Positions 9,254-18,756 of a stretch of 64,000 nucleotides of DNA are shown one piece after another. The translations under genes were made by a program, and so were the position numbers. Each line of letters begins with the position of its first letter. Positions within the stretch are counted from its first letter, which is position 1. The notes under the pieces are model-generated. The model saw nothing but the letters and a program-made list of their open reading frames with translations, ran no database searches and had not been told where the DNA came from. Source of the DNA: Amoebidium appalachense (lineage: Eukaryota > Protista > Ichthyosporea); contig CAVNZM010000014.1 in NCBI GenBank assembly GCA_963693365.1, forward strand, positions 4,154,001 to 4,218,000, read 5' to 3'.

Positions 9254-10018
9254 CTACGTGTAGGGGCCCAGCACGTCCATGCAGTAGAGTATGAGGTACC
9301 AGAGGGCAAGCAGGCAGCAGGCGAGCAGTGTGTACCCCAACGTGGTCAGAAACCCGTTCTCCAAAAACCCAAACTCCCACAAGTTCCAGTGGAGCTCGTC
9401 AAACACAATGCCTGCCAGTGCAAGGCCTGCATGCACGCACACGCACAGCACAATGTTCCTGGTGAGCACGGGCACGGACAGGGAGAGCATGTACCGTGCA
9501 CAGACGAGGGTGGCACACGCCAGCACGCCCCTCAACACAAGAAACACGTAGCCAAACACCGACGGTTCAAACACACACGTCATGCCGTAGAGGGCACTTA
9601 GGGGGAGGAGGGAGGCACACACCATGTACGCCACGGCCCGTGGGAAGAACAACGTGGTCGTCACACGCATGGATCGGGCCCAGCACGCTGCTGCCAGCAT
9701 GTAGGCGAGGGGGGAGGCCACATACAGCCACGAGCCCAGCCAGTAGGGTGCCCACATCACACAGTGCCCGGCCACGTCAGGGTGGGTGTCCACGTCGAGC
9801 CAGGCATACGCCACCCATTGTGCCTGGCACATGACCACACCTGTGAGGGGTAGGATGATGAGCCAAAACATGCATGTACGTTTGGCAAGTTCCGGTATGA
9901 GTACGGCTGTGCCGTAGGACGCCACCACGAGTGCAACACACATGATGGCACAGCAGGTGGTAAAATATATACGTGCAAGGTCGACAATCATTCTCACAAC
10001 TGAGTTGCCTACTACCAT
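9254..10018 (-). CDS. Viral multipass (about 7 TM) membrane protein
   Basis: 254 aa, about seven hydrophobic ~20-25-aa segments, Cys-rich; fills the gap between flanking genes exactly. Confidence 0.7.
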   Translation of the reverse strand: MVVGNSVVRMIVDLARIYFTTCCAIMCVALVVASYGTAVLIPELAKRTCMFWLIILPLTGVVMCQAQWVAYAWLDVDTHPDVAGHCVMWAPYWLGSWLYVASPLAYMLAAACWARSMRVTTTLFFPRAVAYMVCASLLPLSALYGMTCVFEPSVFGYVFLVLRGVLACATLVCARYMLSLSVPVLTRNIVLCVCVHAGLALAGIVFDELHWNLWEFGFLENGFLTTLGYTLLACCLLALWYLILYCMDVLGPYT

Positions 10019-10069
10019 CTCCGTACGAAAAAATGTGCAACCATAATAAAAGGGAAAAACAAGACCAAG

Positions 10070-10645
10070 ATGTCTAACGTAACCAGGCTCAATCTGCTCA
10101 CGCGTGCAGGCGGGTACGTGGGTGTGCTAGCCCACCCATCTACTGAAGCCTACGACCTCGTGTTCCCAAAACACCCACCCAAGGAAGGGGAGATGTTGGT
10201 TTGCACAGAAAAGGGGCTAGAGTGGAGACCCTTTACAGAGTGGTTGAAAGAGAATGCAAGCACCATCAGGGACGTGCTACTGCACGAGCACCCCACCCCC
10301 TCCCCCCGGCCAGACACCCCTTTCCCCCACGACCTCCTCTCCCCTACACCCCCCTTTGAGCCCCTCTTTGCCTTCCCCTCCCCACACCCGTCACCCCCTC
10401 CCCCACCACAAGAGCTACAATCCGCCGTGCTCACCCTACTCGACGATGATGAGGGTATGGCCTCAAGCACAGGCAGCACGGACACGGAAAAGGACGTCAC
10501 CCCATTGCACCCACACCCCCTCATCCCCGACCACCCCATCAAGCTCCAGGCACCCCCTGCCCCCAAGGCCAAAAAAACGACCAGAAAGACCACCAACACC
10601 CGCAGGCCAAGAAGGGTGCCCGAGGAGAAAGTGTCAACCGACTAG
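10070..10645 (+). CDS. Third anchor-domain protein with Pro-rich linker and basic tail
   Basis: GGYVGVLAHPSTEAYDLVFPKHPPKEGEMLVCTEKGLEW matches the YVG...Y.L.(L/F)P...P pattern of ORFs 5644 and 7245. Confidence 0.7.
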   Translation: MSNVTRLNLLTRAGGYVGVLAHPSTEAYDLVFPKHPPKEGEMLVCTEKGLEWRPFTEWLKENASTIRDVLLHEHPTPSPRPDTPFPHDLLSPTPPFEPLFAFPSPHPSPPPPPQELQSAVLTLLDDDEGMASSTGSTDTEKDVTPLHPHPLIPDHPIKLQAPPAPKAKKTTRKTTNTRRPRRVPEEKVSTD

Positions 10646-10666
10646 TAGCGAGCGCAGGAAACCACC

Positions 10667-11986
10667 ATGGTGGCCAGAGACAAGGGCATTGAGCAGGTGA
10701 TTGAGGAGACCTACGCCACCTTCAAGCTCCCCCCCACCGTGCAGGCACTGTGGCGGCGTGCAAAAGCAAAAGACAAGAGGGTAGGGCAACCGGCCGTGCG
10801 TGCCTACCTGTCCAGAAGAAACACCGGGCAGCAGGAATCCCTCAAGGAGGTGCTCGCCCCCCATCGTATCGAGAGGAAGGACTACCTCCCCACCACAGCA
10901 CGGCCGAACAGCGTGGCGGCGGATCTGTTTTTCATGCCACGTTACTCAAAGGCAAACAGGGGGTACAAGGGGGGATTGAGCATGATTGACATGAACACGA
11001 GGCAGGCAACGGTCGTGCCCATAAAGACAAAGAGCTCAGGGAGCGGGAAGAACGAGCACCTCACCATCAGCAACGGGCCGGAGATGCAGAGGGCTGTGCA
11101 CAAAGCCTTAAAGACCATCAGGGAGATGAAGGACGAAAGCAACAAAGGGGAGGAAAACCTACAACCTACAGAGGTCAAGCAGATCTTTACGGACAAGGGC
11201 ACGGAGTTCCTCAGCAATACAATGAAAAAGTACTACGATCAACACGACATCACCATCCTTCCTCAAAAGCCAGGCCGAAAACCACGCAACGTGGCCATGG
11301 TAGAACGGTTCCATCGCACCCTAAAGCAAGGATTGAGCAAGTACATGGAGGCCAACGACACGGGCAAGTGGACGGGGGAGGGGTTGGAAAACGTGTTGGA
11401 GGATTACAACGACACGTACCATGGTTCGATCGGTAGAGAGCCCAACAAGATGACCCAGAGGGCCGAACGGTGGAACAGCATCAACACGTGGCTGGAGAAC
11501 AGGAAGCAAAAAGGTAAGCTACGTGCCAAGATGGGGCACACGGAGGGCGTGCACGTGCGTGCACTCAAAAAGCCAAAGGGACCGTTTGAAAAGGAGGGAA
11601 GAAACTGGTCCAAGGACGTCTACACGCTCGCCTACAAGGATGCAAGTGGGTGGGCGCTACGCAACGCGGCTACAGGGGAGATGAGGAAACACACGCCAGG
11701 CCTACGCTACGCTTGGCCAGACACCATGCTAAAGAAGGTACCACCTACCAGCGTGTCTGTACCGCCCAGCAGCGGGATGCGTGCAGCTCGCAAGGAGACA
11801 GCCAAGGAGAGGGCTCGCGAGGAGCTGGCGTTTGAAGGGCGCGAGCTGGTGCGCCAGAAGGGCACGCGTGCACAAGCCCAAAAGAAAAAGGAAAAACGAA
11901 AGGCACAGGAACTGAGAAAACTGGAGTTTGCCCACCAACAGGAGCAAACGGGTCTGCGTCGCAGTGAAAGGCGTGCACGCCGCTAG
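10667..11986 (+). CDS. Retroviral-like (rve, DDE) integrase, Polinton type
   Basis: Catalytic triad VAADLFFM / IFTDKGTEF / AMVERFHRTLK; YNDTYHGSIG motif; intact frame. Confidence 0.93.
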   Translation: MVARDKGIEQVIEETYATFKLPPTVQALWRRAKAKDKRVGQPAVRAYLSRRNTGQQESLKEVLAPHRIERKDYLPTTARPNSVAADLFFMPRYSKANRGYKGGLSMIDMNTRQATVVPIKTKSSGSGKNEHLTISNGPEMQRAVHKALKTIREMKDESNKGEENLQPTEVKQIFTDKGTEFLSNTMKKYYDQHDITILPQKPGRKPRNVAMVERFHRTLKQGLSKYMEANDTGKWTGEGLENVLEDYNDTYHGSIGREPNKMTQRAERWNSINTWLENRKQKGKLRAKMGHTEGVHVRALKKPKGPFEKEGRNWSKDVYTLAYKDASGWALRNAATGEMRKHTPGLRYAWPDTMLKKVPPTSVSVPPSSGMRAARKETAKERAREELAFEGRELVRQKGTRAQAQKKKEKRKAQELRKLEFAHQQEQTGLRRSERRARR

Positions 11987-12029
11987 GTGTGACCTGCCCA
12001 TTCTGGAAAAACCATCCGTCTTGAAAAAA

Positions 12030-12310
12030 ACAGAGACGCCCCACCAACCAGCCACCGCGAAAACTGGCCATTTTGGGATGATTGCGCAAACAGGGGACGC
12101 CCCACCAACCAGCGACCGCCAAAACTAGCCCAATTTGGTCGCCTTCCAAATCAGGCTAATCCTCCATGTGCGGACCCCAGGCCCAGGTCCGGATCAGGCC
12201 CGTGCGGGTCGGTTCGGGTCAGCCTGGTCAGATTTGGGTCGCGTTGACCCGTTAACGACCCGGCCCGACCCGACCCGGGCTAATCTGGACCGGCCCGTGG
12301 CCCGCGAAAT
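12030..12310. repeat. Non-coding direct repeats plus inverted GGGTC/GACCC pentamer cluster
   Basis: gacgccccaccaaccagc twice (~12035, ~12097); GGGTC at 12206, 12216, 12236 and GACCC at 12246, 12257, 12267, 12272. Confidence 0.7.
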
Positions 12311-12343
12311 TTTCACAGCACACAGGTGCGGGACTGTGTGATC

Positions 12344-12889
12344 ATGGGGCTGGGCAGCTGCTGCGGGGTGTACAAGGTCACACAGGACAAGAGGAAGGCC
12401 GGAGTGGACACTGACAAGGTGCAGACACCAGCATGGGTGCTGGATGCACTCGAAAAGGAGTTTGGCGCACTCAATGACCCCTGCCCCATCACCTGGCGGG
12501 AGGGGGAGGACCCTTGCGCACTCACAGACGACGACGTGTGGTCCACCGAGAAAATAAACTATGTCAACCCTCCCTTCTCTGAGATTCCCCCATTTTTACG
12601 CATGGCCATACGGATGTACATATCCAAGGGTAGAAAGAGCGTGCTGCTCGTGCCTGCACGCACGGAGGCACGCTGGTTCCATGACCTGGCCTTCAGGTAC
12701 GCCGCAGAGATACGCATCCTGAGGGGTAGGATCAAGTTTGAGGGGTTCAAGAGGCCATCGCCAGAGGGCGTGTGCCTGCTTTTGTTCACAGAGCCTCAGC
12801 CTGTCGGTGGCCCGCGTGTAGTGTCGTGGATGCCTGAGGCATACCCGCGCAGCTCAAAGGCAGGGGCCGTGTTGGGGCTGGATTTCTAG
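12344..12889 (+). CDS. Phage-Dam-like DNA N6-adenine methyltransferase
   Basis: QTPAWVLDAL...DPC, catalytic YVNPPFS, VLLVPARTEARWF and EIRILRGRIKF are characteristic of the phage Dam (PF05869-like) family. Confidence 0.9.
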   Translation: MGLGSCCGVYKVTQDKRKAGVDTDKVQTPAWVLDALEKEFGALNDPCPITWREGEDPCALTDDDVWSTEKINYVNPPFSEIPPFLRMAIRMYISKGRKSVLLVPARTEARWFHDLAFRYAAEIRILRGRIKFEGFKRPSPEGVCLLLFTEPQPVGGPRVVSWMPEAYPRSSKAGAVLGLDF

Positions 12890-12964
12890 CTTAATTACTA
12901 AGATCTACTAGTAGGGTCTAGATCATAAAAATGTGTGTTAGAGTGTATGTAGTGCGTGCACACC

Positions 12965-13228
12965 ATGGCCAACACCTACCAAATCGTGCTGAACGACCAG
13001 TTTCAGCCCCTCACTGCGCGTACGTCAAACGCCACGCACACAGACTTTAGCTACTATGGCCAGCAGGCGATGGCACAGGCCGTTGCGGACAAGATATGCC
13101 CGCACGGTACCCGCCACCCCTTCTTCCTCAAACCAAGCACCATGGCAGGGTCTGCAGCAGGCCGATTTGCTCGCCCCAGACCCACCTTTGCGGCACTCAG
13201 GCGTGCACATGGCAGGCCCATGCACTGA
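12965..13228 (+). CDS. Small basic viral protein, possible core protein (87 aa)
   Basis: cacaccATG start after taaaaatgtg motif; Arg-rich C-terminus. Confidence 0.6.
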   Translation: MANTYQIVLNDQFQPLTARTSNATHTDFSYYGQQAMAQAVADKICPHGTRHPFFLKPSTMAGSAAGRFARPRPTFAALRRAHGRPMH

Positions 13229-13325
13229 CCGTTAGTGTACGTAGTAGGCCATGGCCAAGCGGGCAATTGGCAACCAAAAATAAAAATAATGTGCATGCAT
13301 AAGTAAACGTGCAAGTCACGTCACC

Positions 13326-13907
13326 ATGGGGGTGTCATCGCAAGGCAGGAGCGGCAACACGCGTGTCATCTACGTGCAGAACCGGCCAAACAAGGCCTCA
13401 GAGGTAGCCAAGTGGGTGGGGGCCCTGGCGGGCGGTGCTGCCTTGGGGGCAGGGGGGTACTATGCATGGAAGCACAAGGGGGACATTGCGAGGGGGGTGG
13501 GCAACTACATGTACAACAAGGCTGCGGATGCTGCCACCTACACTGCAGGGAAGGCGGGGGAGGCGGGGGGGACGGTGTTCAAGGGCCTCAAGGGGGTAGC
13601 GCGTGCCACAGGCGATGCTGCCATGCAGGGCACGCAGCGTGCAGGGCAGGGCGCGCAGAATGGTGCATTCAGTGCGTGGAAGACCCTGAGGAATGGCACG
13701 AGGGATGCGGGCAACTACCTGCTGCACAACACCCAGGATGCGTTGGGATATGGTCCTTATAACTTGAATGCTGCAGGCACACGCACGGGAAACAGCTACG
13801 AGTGGAGAGGGGGTGGAGGAGGCGGTGCGCAGGTGCTTGTCGGCGGTAAGCCCTACGTCTGGCCGCCAGCCAGGTCGCCAAACGTATCGGGACGCGGCAT
13901 CCTCTAA
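13326..13907 (+). CDS. Gly/Ala-rich, possibly myristoylated membrane-active virion protein
   Basis: N-terminal MGVSSQ, hydrophobic VAKWVGALAGGAALGAGGYYAW, amphipathic helices, LxGG motifs. Confidence 0.7.
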   Translation: MGVSSQGRSGNTRVIYVQNRPNKASEVAKWVGALAGGAALGAGGYYAWKHKGDIARGVGNYMYNKAADAATYTAGKAGEAGGTVFKGLKGVARATGDAAMQGTQRAGQGAQNGAFSAWKTLRNGTRDAGNYLLHNTQDALGYGPYNLNAAGTRTGNSYEWRGGGGGGAQVLVGGKPYVWPPARSPNVSGRGIL

Positions 13908-14192
13908 TGGAACCTTCCGTTCATGGTAAGTGTGCAGGGAAAAACCGTTGGCGGGCGGTGCGAGCGGCCAATCAAATTTTGTAGAATTTGTTGACTTGCA
14001 TTCCATTGGCGACTCCCCTGCGCTCCTATTGGACGCCTAGGGCAACAGGAGTCACCGAATTTTGGAGCACGGTAGCGTGTGTGCACCGGAGGGCACAAAA
14101 GCCACCTGCAAACGTTCCTTCTTCAAACACTTTTTCTTATATTCTAAGCCACTCTAGCCTGGTCTTTTTGCAAGCAGCGAACTTTGGAAACC

Positions 14193-15298
14193 ATGGCAGA
14201 CCTCTCCTTCCTGCCCCCTCTAGATCTAGACGATGCTGATGTTCTTGCTGCCGCCGCAGCAGCCATTTCTGTGCCAGCCCGCAGGCCTCCTCCTGGCCGC
14301 ACCTTCTCCTGGCATCTCAAAGATTTGGATCTTGACACTGTTCTGCTTCAACCCTTCTACGCATCCTACCGCACGCTTGCTGAGGGGTATGCAGCACAGC
14401 CCAGTGTTTCCGCCAACGCAGCATCCTTCCTCCTCTCCGCCAAGAAAGGTGACTTCTTCGCTGGCTATGATGCAGGGGGCGAAGTCTACTTCCAAAAACG
14501 CTTCACGGGTCTAGATGACTTTGATGGGGCATGGCTCCCTGAGATGCTGGTGCGTGGTACCATCTCTGAGCCTGCAGAACTGGCTGAACTGCACGGCAAG
14601 TCGCTTTTGGCAACACTCGCGTGCCGCAACGCCCTCATGCTCAAGGGGGTGGCTGCTGCTGTGGTAGACATCCTCCTACCGCAGTTCACAGAGCATGAGA
14701 GATCCACTAGGCACAAGGTAGAGACAGACCCTCAGTTGGTTGGCAACTACATGCAGAGGTACCTGGAGGAGATAGAGGCCAACTGGGAGCCCATCGTCGG
14801 GATGTGCAAGGCAGGACTCACTCCCCACAGGGAGAGAGAGGTGGCCCGCCACCTGGCTCGTGTTGTTGCTGGCTTCCTGCAGACCATGGTGGCCACTGCA
14901 AAGGCAGCCAAGTTGAAGTCCACGCCCCGAGGCTCTTCAAAGGGGTCGCCATGGATGTCCTCCATGACATGCAGGCATTGCTGCGTGGGGTTGCGAATGA
15001 GCGTATGTATGGTGCAGGTGAGAAGATTGTGTTTGCAGGGCTGATCAAGAAAAACATCCACAAGGAGGCACCATCACGGCGCAAGTCCGGCACGTTCATC
15101 GACATTGCCCCCAAGGAGAAGGAAAACCTTGCCCCCCTCCGCAGCAGCAGCACCAACAGCAACACCCCCTACAACAACAACAACAACATCATGACGGTCG
15201 GTGCCCCCTACTTCTACGGTAGGACCCGGGTGCCTAACTTACTCCGTACCTCAGCGGCACCGCCCCTCAAGACTGTGAACCATGGCTACATGGGCTAG
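14193..15298 (+). CDS. Viral hypothetical (putative early) protein interrupted by a single -1 frameshift near 14925
   Basis: ORF 14184-15044 and overlapping ORF 14804-15298 join as ...KST-P-PRLFKGVAMD if one C is added to the CCCC run; KENLAP near the C-terminus. Confidence 0.6.
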
Positions 15299-15399
15299 TG
15301 CACAGGATAGGGGGGCAGTGCCCTAAACTTTGCCATTTTTAATTTTTTTAGTAAAGTACCTTAAAGTTTGAGCATGCCATGGTCTCATTAACATAGACA

Positions 15400-15839
15400 C
15401 CGTTGTGATTTGTGTATACATAGTGGGCAGTGCCCTTTATTTTCACGTTTTTTTTCTTCTTCTTTTATACAAAGAATTGAACCGACGGCAAAAATAAACT
15501 TTTGTTTTTTTACGAAAGTTCCAAGAAAAAAACAGAGCACAAGCTGAAGACTACCATGGTGCATTGCACACGTGTGCCTGCACGTGTGCGTGTGTGTGTG
15601 TGCATGTGTGTGCATGTGTGTGCTTGTGTGTGTGCCAAAACACTCTAACAAAAATCTATGAAGATTTTAACGATAAAAAATAAAAAACTTTGTGATCTGT
15701 GGATGCATTGGGCGGAGCCCTTTATTTTCACGTTTTTTTTTTTTTTCTACAAAGAAAACCGACGGCAAAAAGATCCAAGGAAAAAAAAACAGAGCACAAG
15801 TTGAAGACTACTATGGTGCATTGCACACGTGTGCCTGCA

Positions 15840-15884
<45 letters not shown>

Positions 15885-15980
15885 ATGTGTGTGTGTGTGT
15901 GTGTGTGCCAAAAAGGCTCTAACGAAAATCTATGAAATTTTTAACGAAAAATAAAAATAAAAACAAAAATAAAAATAAAA
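15400..15980. repeat. ~290-bp imperfect tandem duplication containing (TG)n
   Basis: ccctttattttcacg...accgacggcaaaaa...agagcacaag.tgaagactac.atggtgcattgcacacg...gtgccaaaa...aaaatctatgaa occurs twice. Confidence 0.85.
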
Positions 15981-16037
15981 AACCAAAGGCAACCAACAGT
16001 CACCCTACCACACCCTTCTACGTGTGCATGCATGCGT

Positions 16038-16153
<116 letters not shown>

Positions 16154-16560
16154 ATGTGTGTGTGTGTGTGTGTGTGTGTTGTGGTGTAACTTCTAAGTGT
16201 TGCTACCTAAAAGTGCGAAAAGAGATGATTGTGAAAATGTTTAAGAGTTTTTTCTAAGTTTTTTCTTCACAAAAAAACGAACGAAAACGAGACGAGACTG
16301 AGAGAGCCGACAGCTGATAGAGTGCACATGGGAGAAAAAAGTGTATACGTAATATTACGTAACATTCAATTTCGCTTGATTTCATTGGCTCATAAGTTAC
16401 GCAAAGTTCAAGTTGGCGCAATCATTTACTCTCTCACTCATGTACGTACTAAGTCAACTCAGTCGCGGCGGCACACAGTGTTTTTCTTTTTTTGGGAAGA
16501 AGTTTATTTCGTGGCATCACCCGGAGGTAAAGAGATTCTGAATAAACAGACATGTGCCTA

Positions 16561-17478
16561 TTACATCCTGAGCATTTTGGCCTTGTCCTCCCCAGGCATG
16601 GGCGTGCCAGCACGCTTAGCCTGCCCCATGTCTACATCACCCCCCTCCCCCTCACTACCCGCACCATCACTGACCAACTCCATCAGACCGTCTAAATCAA
16701 ACACCTGAACCTTGCGGGCAACGAGCTTGGTGCGCACAGTGTTGTTTTTCTTGTTGTAGATGACGCTGGTGGCGGCAGCAGACACCCATGCAGTAACCTC
16801 ACGGCACTTGGCACGCTGGGAGTTCATAAACTCCACAAACTCATCCACAGAGGCCGCGTTGTTGCCCAGCTTAAAGAGGCAGGGGTTGCGGCCAGTGGGG
16901 TTGGGGAGCTCCACCGTCACGTTGAAGTAGGTGTCGCCCAGTGCCCCCTCCATGTCCGCCTTGCTGACGGGGTTGGCACCCAGCACCTCGTACAGGTTGG
17001 GGCTGTGTCTGGACCACAGGCTGCTGCTGGTCTTGACGGCAACGGTGTCCAGATCAACATCCTTGAGCATCTCGTGGTCCTTGTGCATCCACATCACGTC
17101 CTTGGCCATGCTGCACACGTAGGGCCACAGGCCAACGGCGTAGGCCACCTCAAAGGGCTCAGGGTGGCGCTGGGACTTGATCTTGATTGTGGTTTTGTCG
17201 TAGGCAGACAGGTGGGTGCCCAGTTCAATCAACATCTGCCCGTTGATGTTGATGTTGGGCAGGTTGTACAGCTGCACCACCAGCACGTCGTTCATGACCC
17301 AGGGTGCACCCATGGTGGCCTTGCCCACACCATTGAGGAACACCTCCTTGTACTGCACCATCTTGGCCCCCTCAACGCTGCTGTTGATGTTTTCTTTGCC
17401 ACTGCTTGCCGCGGCGATGCTGGTCCTTTTGACGGTGGACAGACCAGTCATTTGACGCAGCAGGGTTGGCTTGACCAT
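16561..17478 (-). CDS. Probable single-stranded DNA-binding protein (T7 gp2.5/NCLDV-like OB fold), intronless
   Basis: C-terminal beta pattern VSAAATSVIYNKKNNTVRTKLVARKVQVFD followed by an acidic tail. Function is by pattern resemblance only. Confidence 0.5.
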   Translation of the reverse strand: MVKPTLLRQMTGLSTVKRTSIAAASSGKENINSSVEGAKMVQYKEVFLNGVGKATMGAPWVMNDVLVVQLYNLPNININGQMLIELGTHLSAYDKTTIKIKSQRHPEPFEVAYAVGLWPYVCSMAKDVMWMHKDHEMLKDVDLDTVAVKTSSSLWSRHSPNLYEVLGANPVSKADMEGALGDTYFNVTVELPNPTGRNPCLFKLGNNAASVDEFVEFMNSQRAKCREVTAWVSAAATSVIYNKKNNTVRTKLVARKVQVFDLDGLMELVSDGAGSEGEGGDVDMGQAKRAGTPMPGEDKAKMLRM

Positions 17479-17619
17479 TTTGCTGTTGCTTTGGGGGTGT
17501 GGTGAACGTTACTGTGGTGTGCACCTCGACTGTGACTGTCTGGCTCATGTTTGGTTGGTGAGATGTTGCCTGTGTGCGGCTGTTTATGTACACGGCGGTA
17601 GGATGCAGGGTGCGTTTCT

Positions 17620-17825
17620 GGCCAATGAGGACCGTAATCCCTGTTCCCTGTGCCCTCATTGGACACCTAGAACCACATGTGCCAGTCTAGATTCCGATTG
17701 GACGCCTTGTGCGGCAATTTGCTTTTTTGAGTCGAATTATCATTGGCCGCCCTGCGCATCCGTAATACCATTGGACGCCTTGTACATGGAATTCAGAATT
17801 CGAATTCCCATTGGACGCCTTGCGC
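17620..17825 (-). promoter_or_regulatory. CCAAT-box array upstream of the SSB-like gene
   Basis: ATTGGACGCCT at 17697, 17770 and 17810, variants at 17658 and 17742; same 11-mer at 14028. Confidence 0.65.
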
Positions 17826-17999
17826 AAACCTTCGCATTCCTTTGATCCGCACTTGTGTACATGTACGCACCACATGTACGCGTACACGTACGCGTACACG
17901 TGACACGCCCTCTCTCTCTCTCTAATTGTTTAATTATTTAGTTAAAACCACGTGCTCTGCACGTGTTTTACACACACACAGTGTGTGTGCACGTGCTCA

Positions 18000-18174
18000 T
18001 GTACATATATCCACCCATATCACATATATCCCATATCGCGATATGTGTACACAGATATCACATATCTCATATTCACATATCCCATATCCTAAGGGGTGCG
18101 GATAATGGTCGAGGTGACGTCATCTTTGATGACGTCACGTCGACCATGTGCCGCGCCCCTTATTGTAGTACTAC
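18000..18174. repeat. Putative terminal inverted repeat region: CATAT(C) repeats, 73-nt hairpin, terminal palindrome
   Basis: Arms 18090-18124 and 18128-18162 pair at 30/35 positions around a TTT loop; GTAGTACTAC at 18165-18174. Confidence 0.7.
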
Positions 18175-18545
18175 CGACATACCAGTGGGCTGCATGTTAA
18201 GCACAGATAATGCCGCCGCCCTTGAACTGTAACAGTAGTCGCAGGTGTGTTGTGTATGCGTATGCACCCTGATTGTGATAATACATGGCATCCAGTAATG
18301 TGTATGCATTTATGCTTCCACTTACTCTGGCCTCCATGCAGTTACGTCATGTGTTTACATGCTCCATTTGCACCCAGACCTTTGCTGTGTGCTGTGTGGT
18401 GGGGCCAGCCCCCCACTGCCCCGGCATGCCCGGAGCTGTCCTACGTGCATCCCAATAATGCCCCAATCCTCTGTGTCACCCACAGCCTAGGGGCCAAAAC
18501 TTACAGCAGGCTGTACCTGCCTGCCCGTCACATGTGCTCAGCAGA

Positions 18546-18576
<31 letters not shown>

Positions 18577-18756
18577 CCCCCCCCCCCCCCCCACCCCATC
18601 CCCACACACAAACATACACACACACACACACACACAAGCACACCCACCCGCCAAATTGCACACACCCGCAAAAAAAAAAAAAAAAAAAAAAAAAAGAAAA
18701 GAAAAAACAAGACAAAAAGAAAACAAAAAAGACAAGAAAACACACCCACAATAAAG

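Noticed and set aside
9254-10018. Viral rhodopsin
   Set aside because: No retinal-binding lysine or DxxxK motif in the last helix.
7245-10018. Bacterial-style polymorphic toxin-immunity pair
   Set aside because: Only ~40 aa follow the pre-toxin-like hairpin and the neighbour is on the opposite strand; kept only as a membrane-entry hypothesis.
10667-11986. LTR retrotransposon or stand-alone Ginger transposon
   Set aside because: No RT, RNase H, gag, LTRs or flanking TIRs; the integrase is embedded in the capsid gene cluster.
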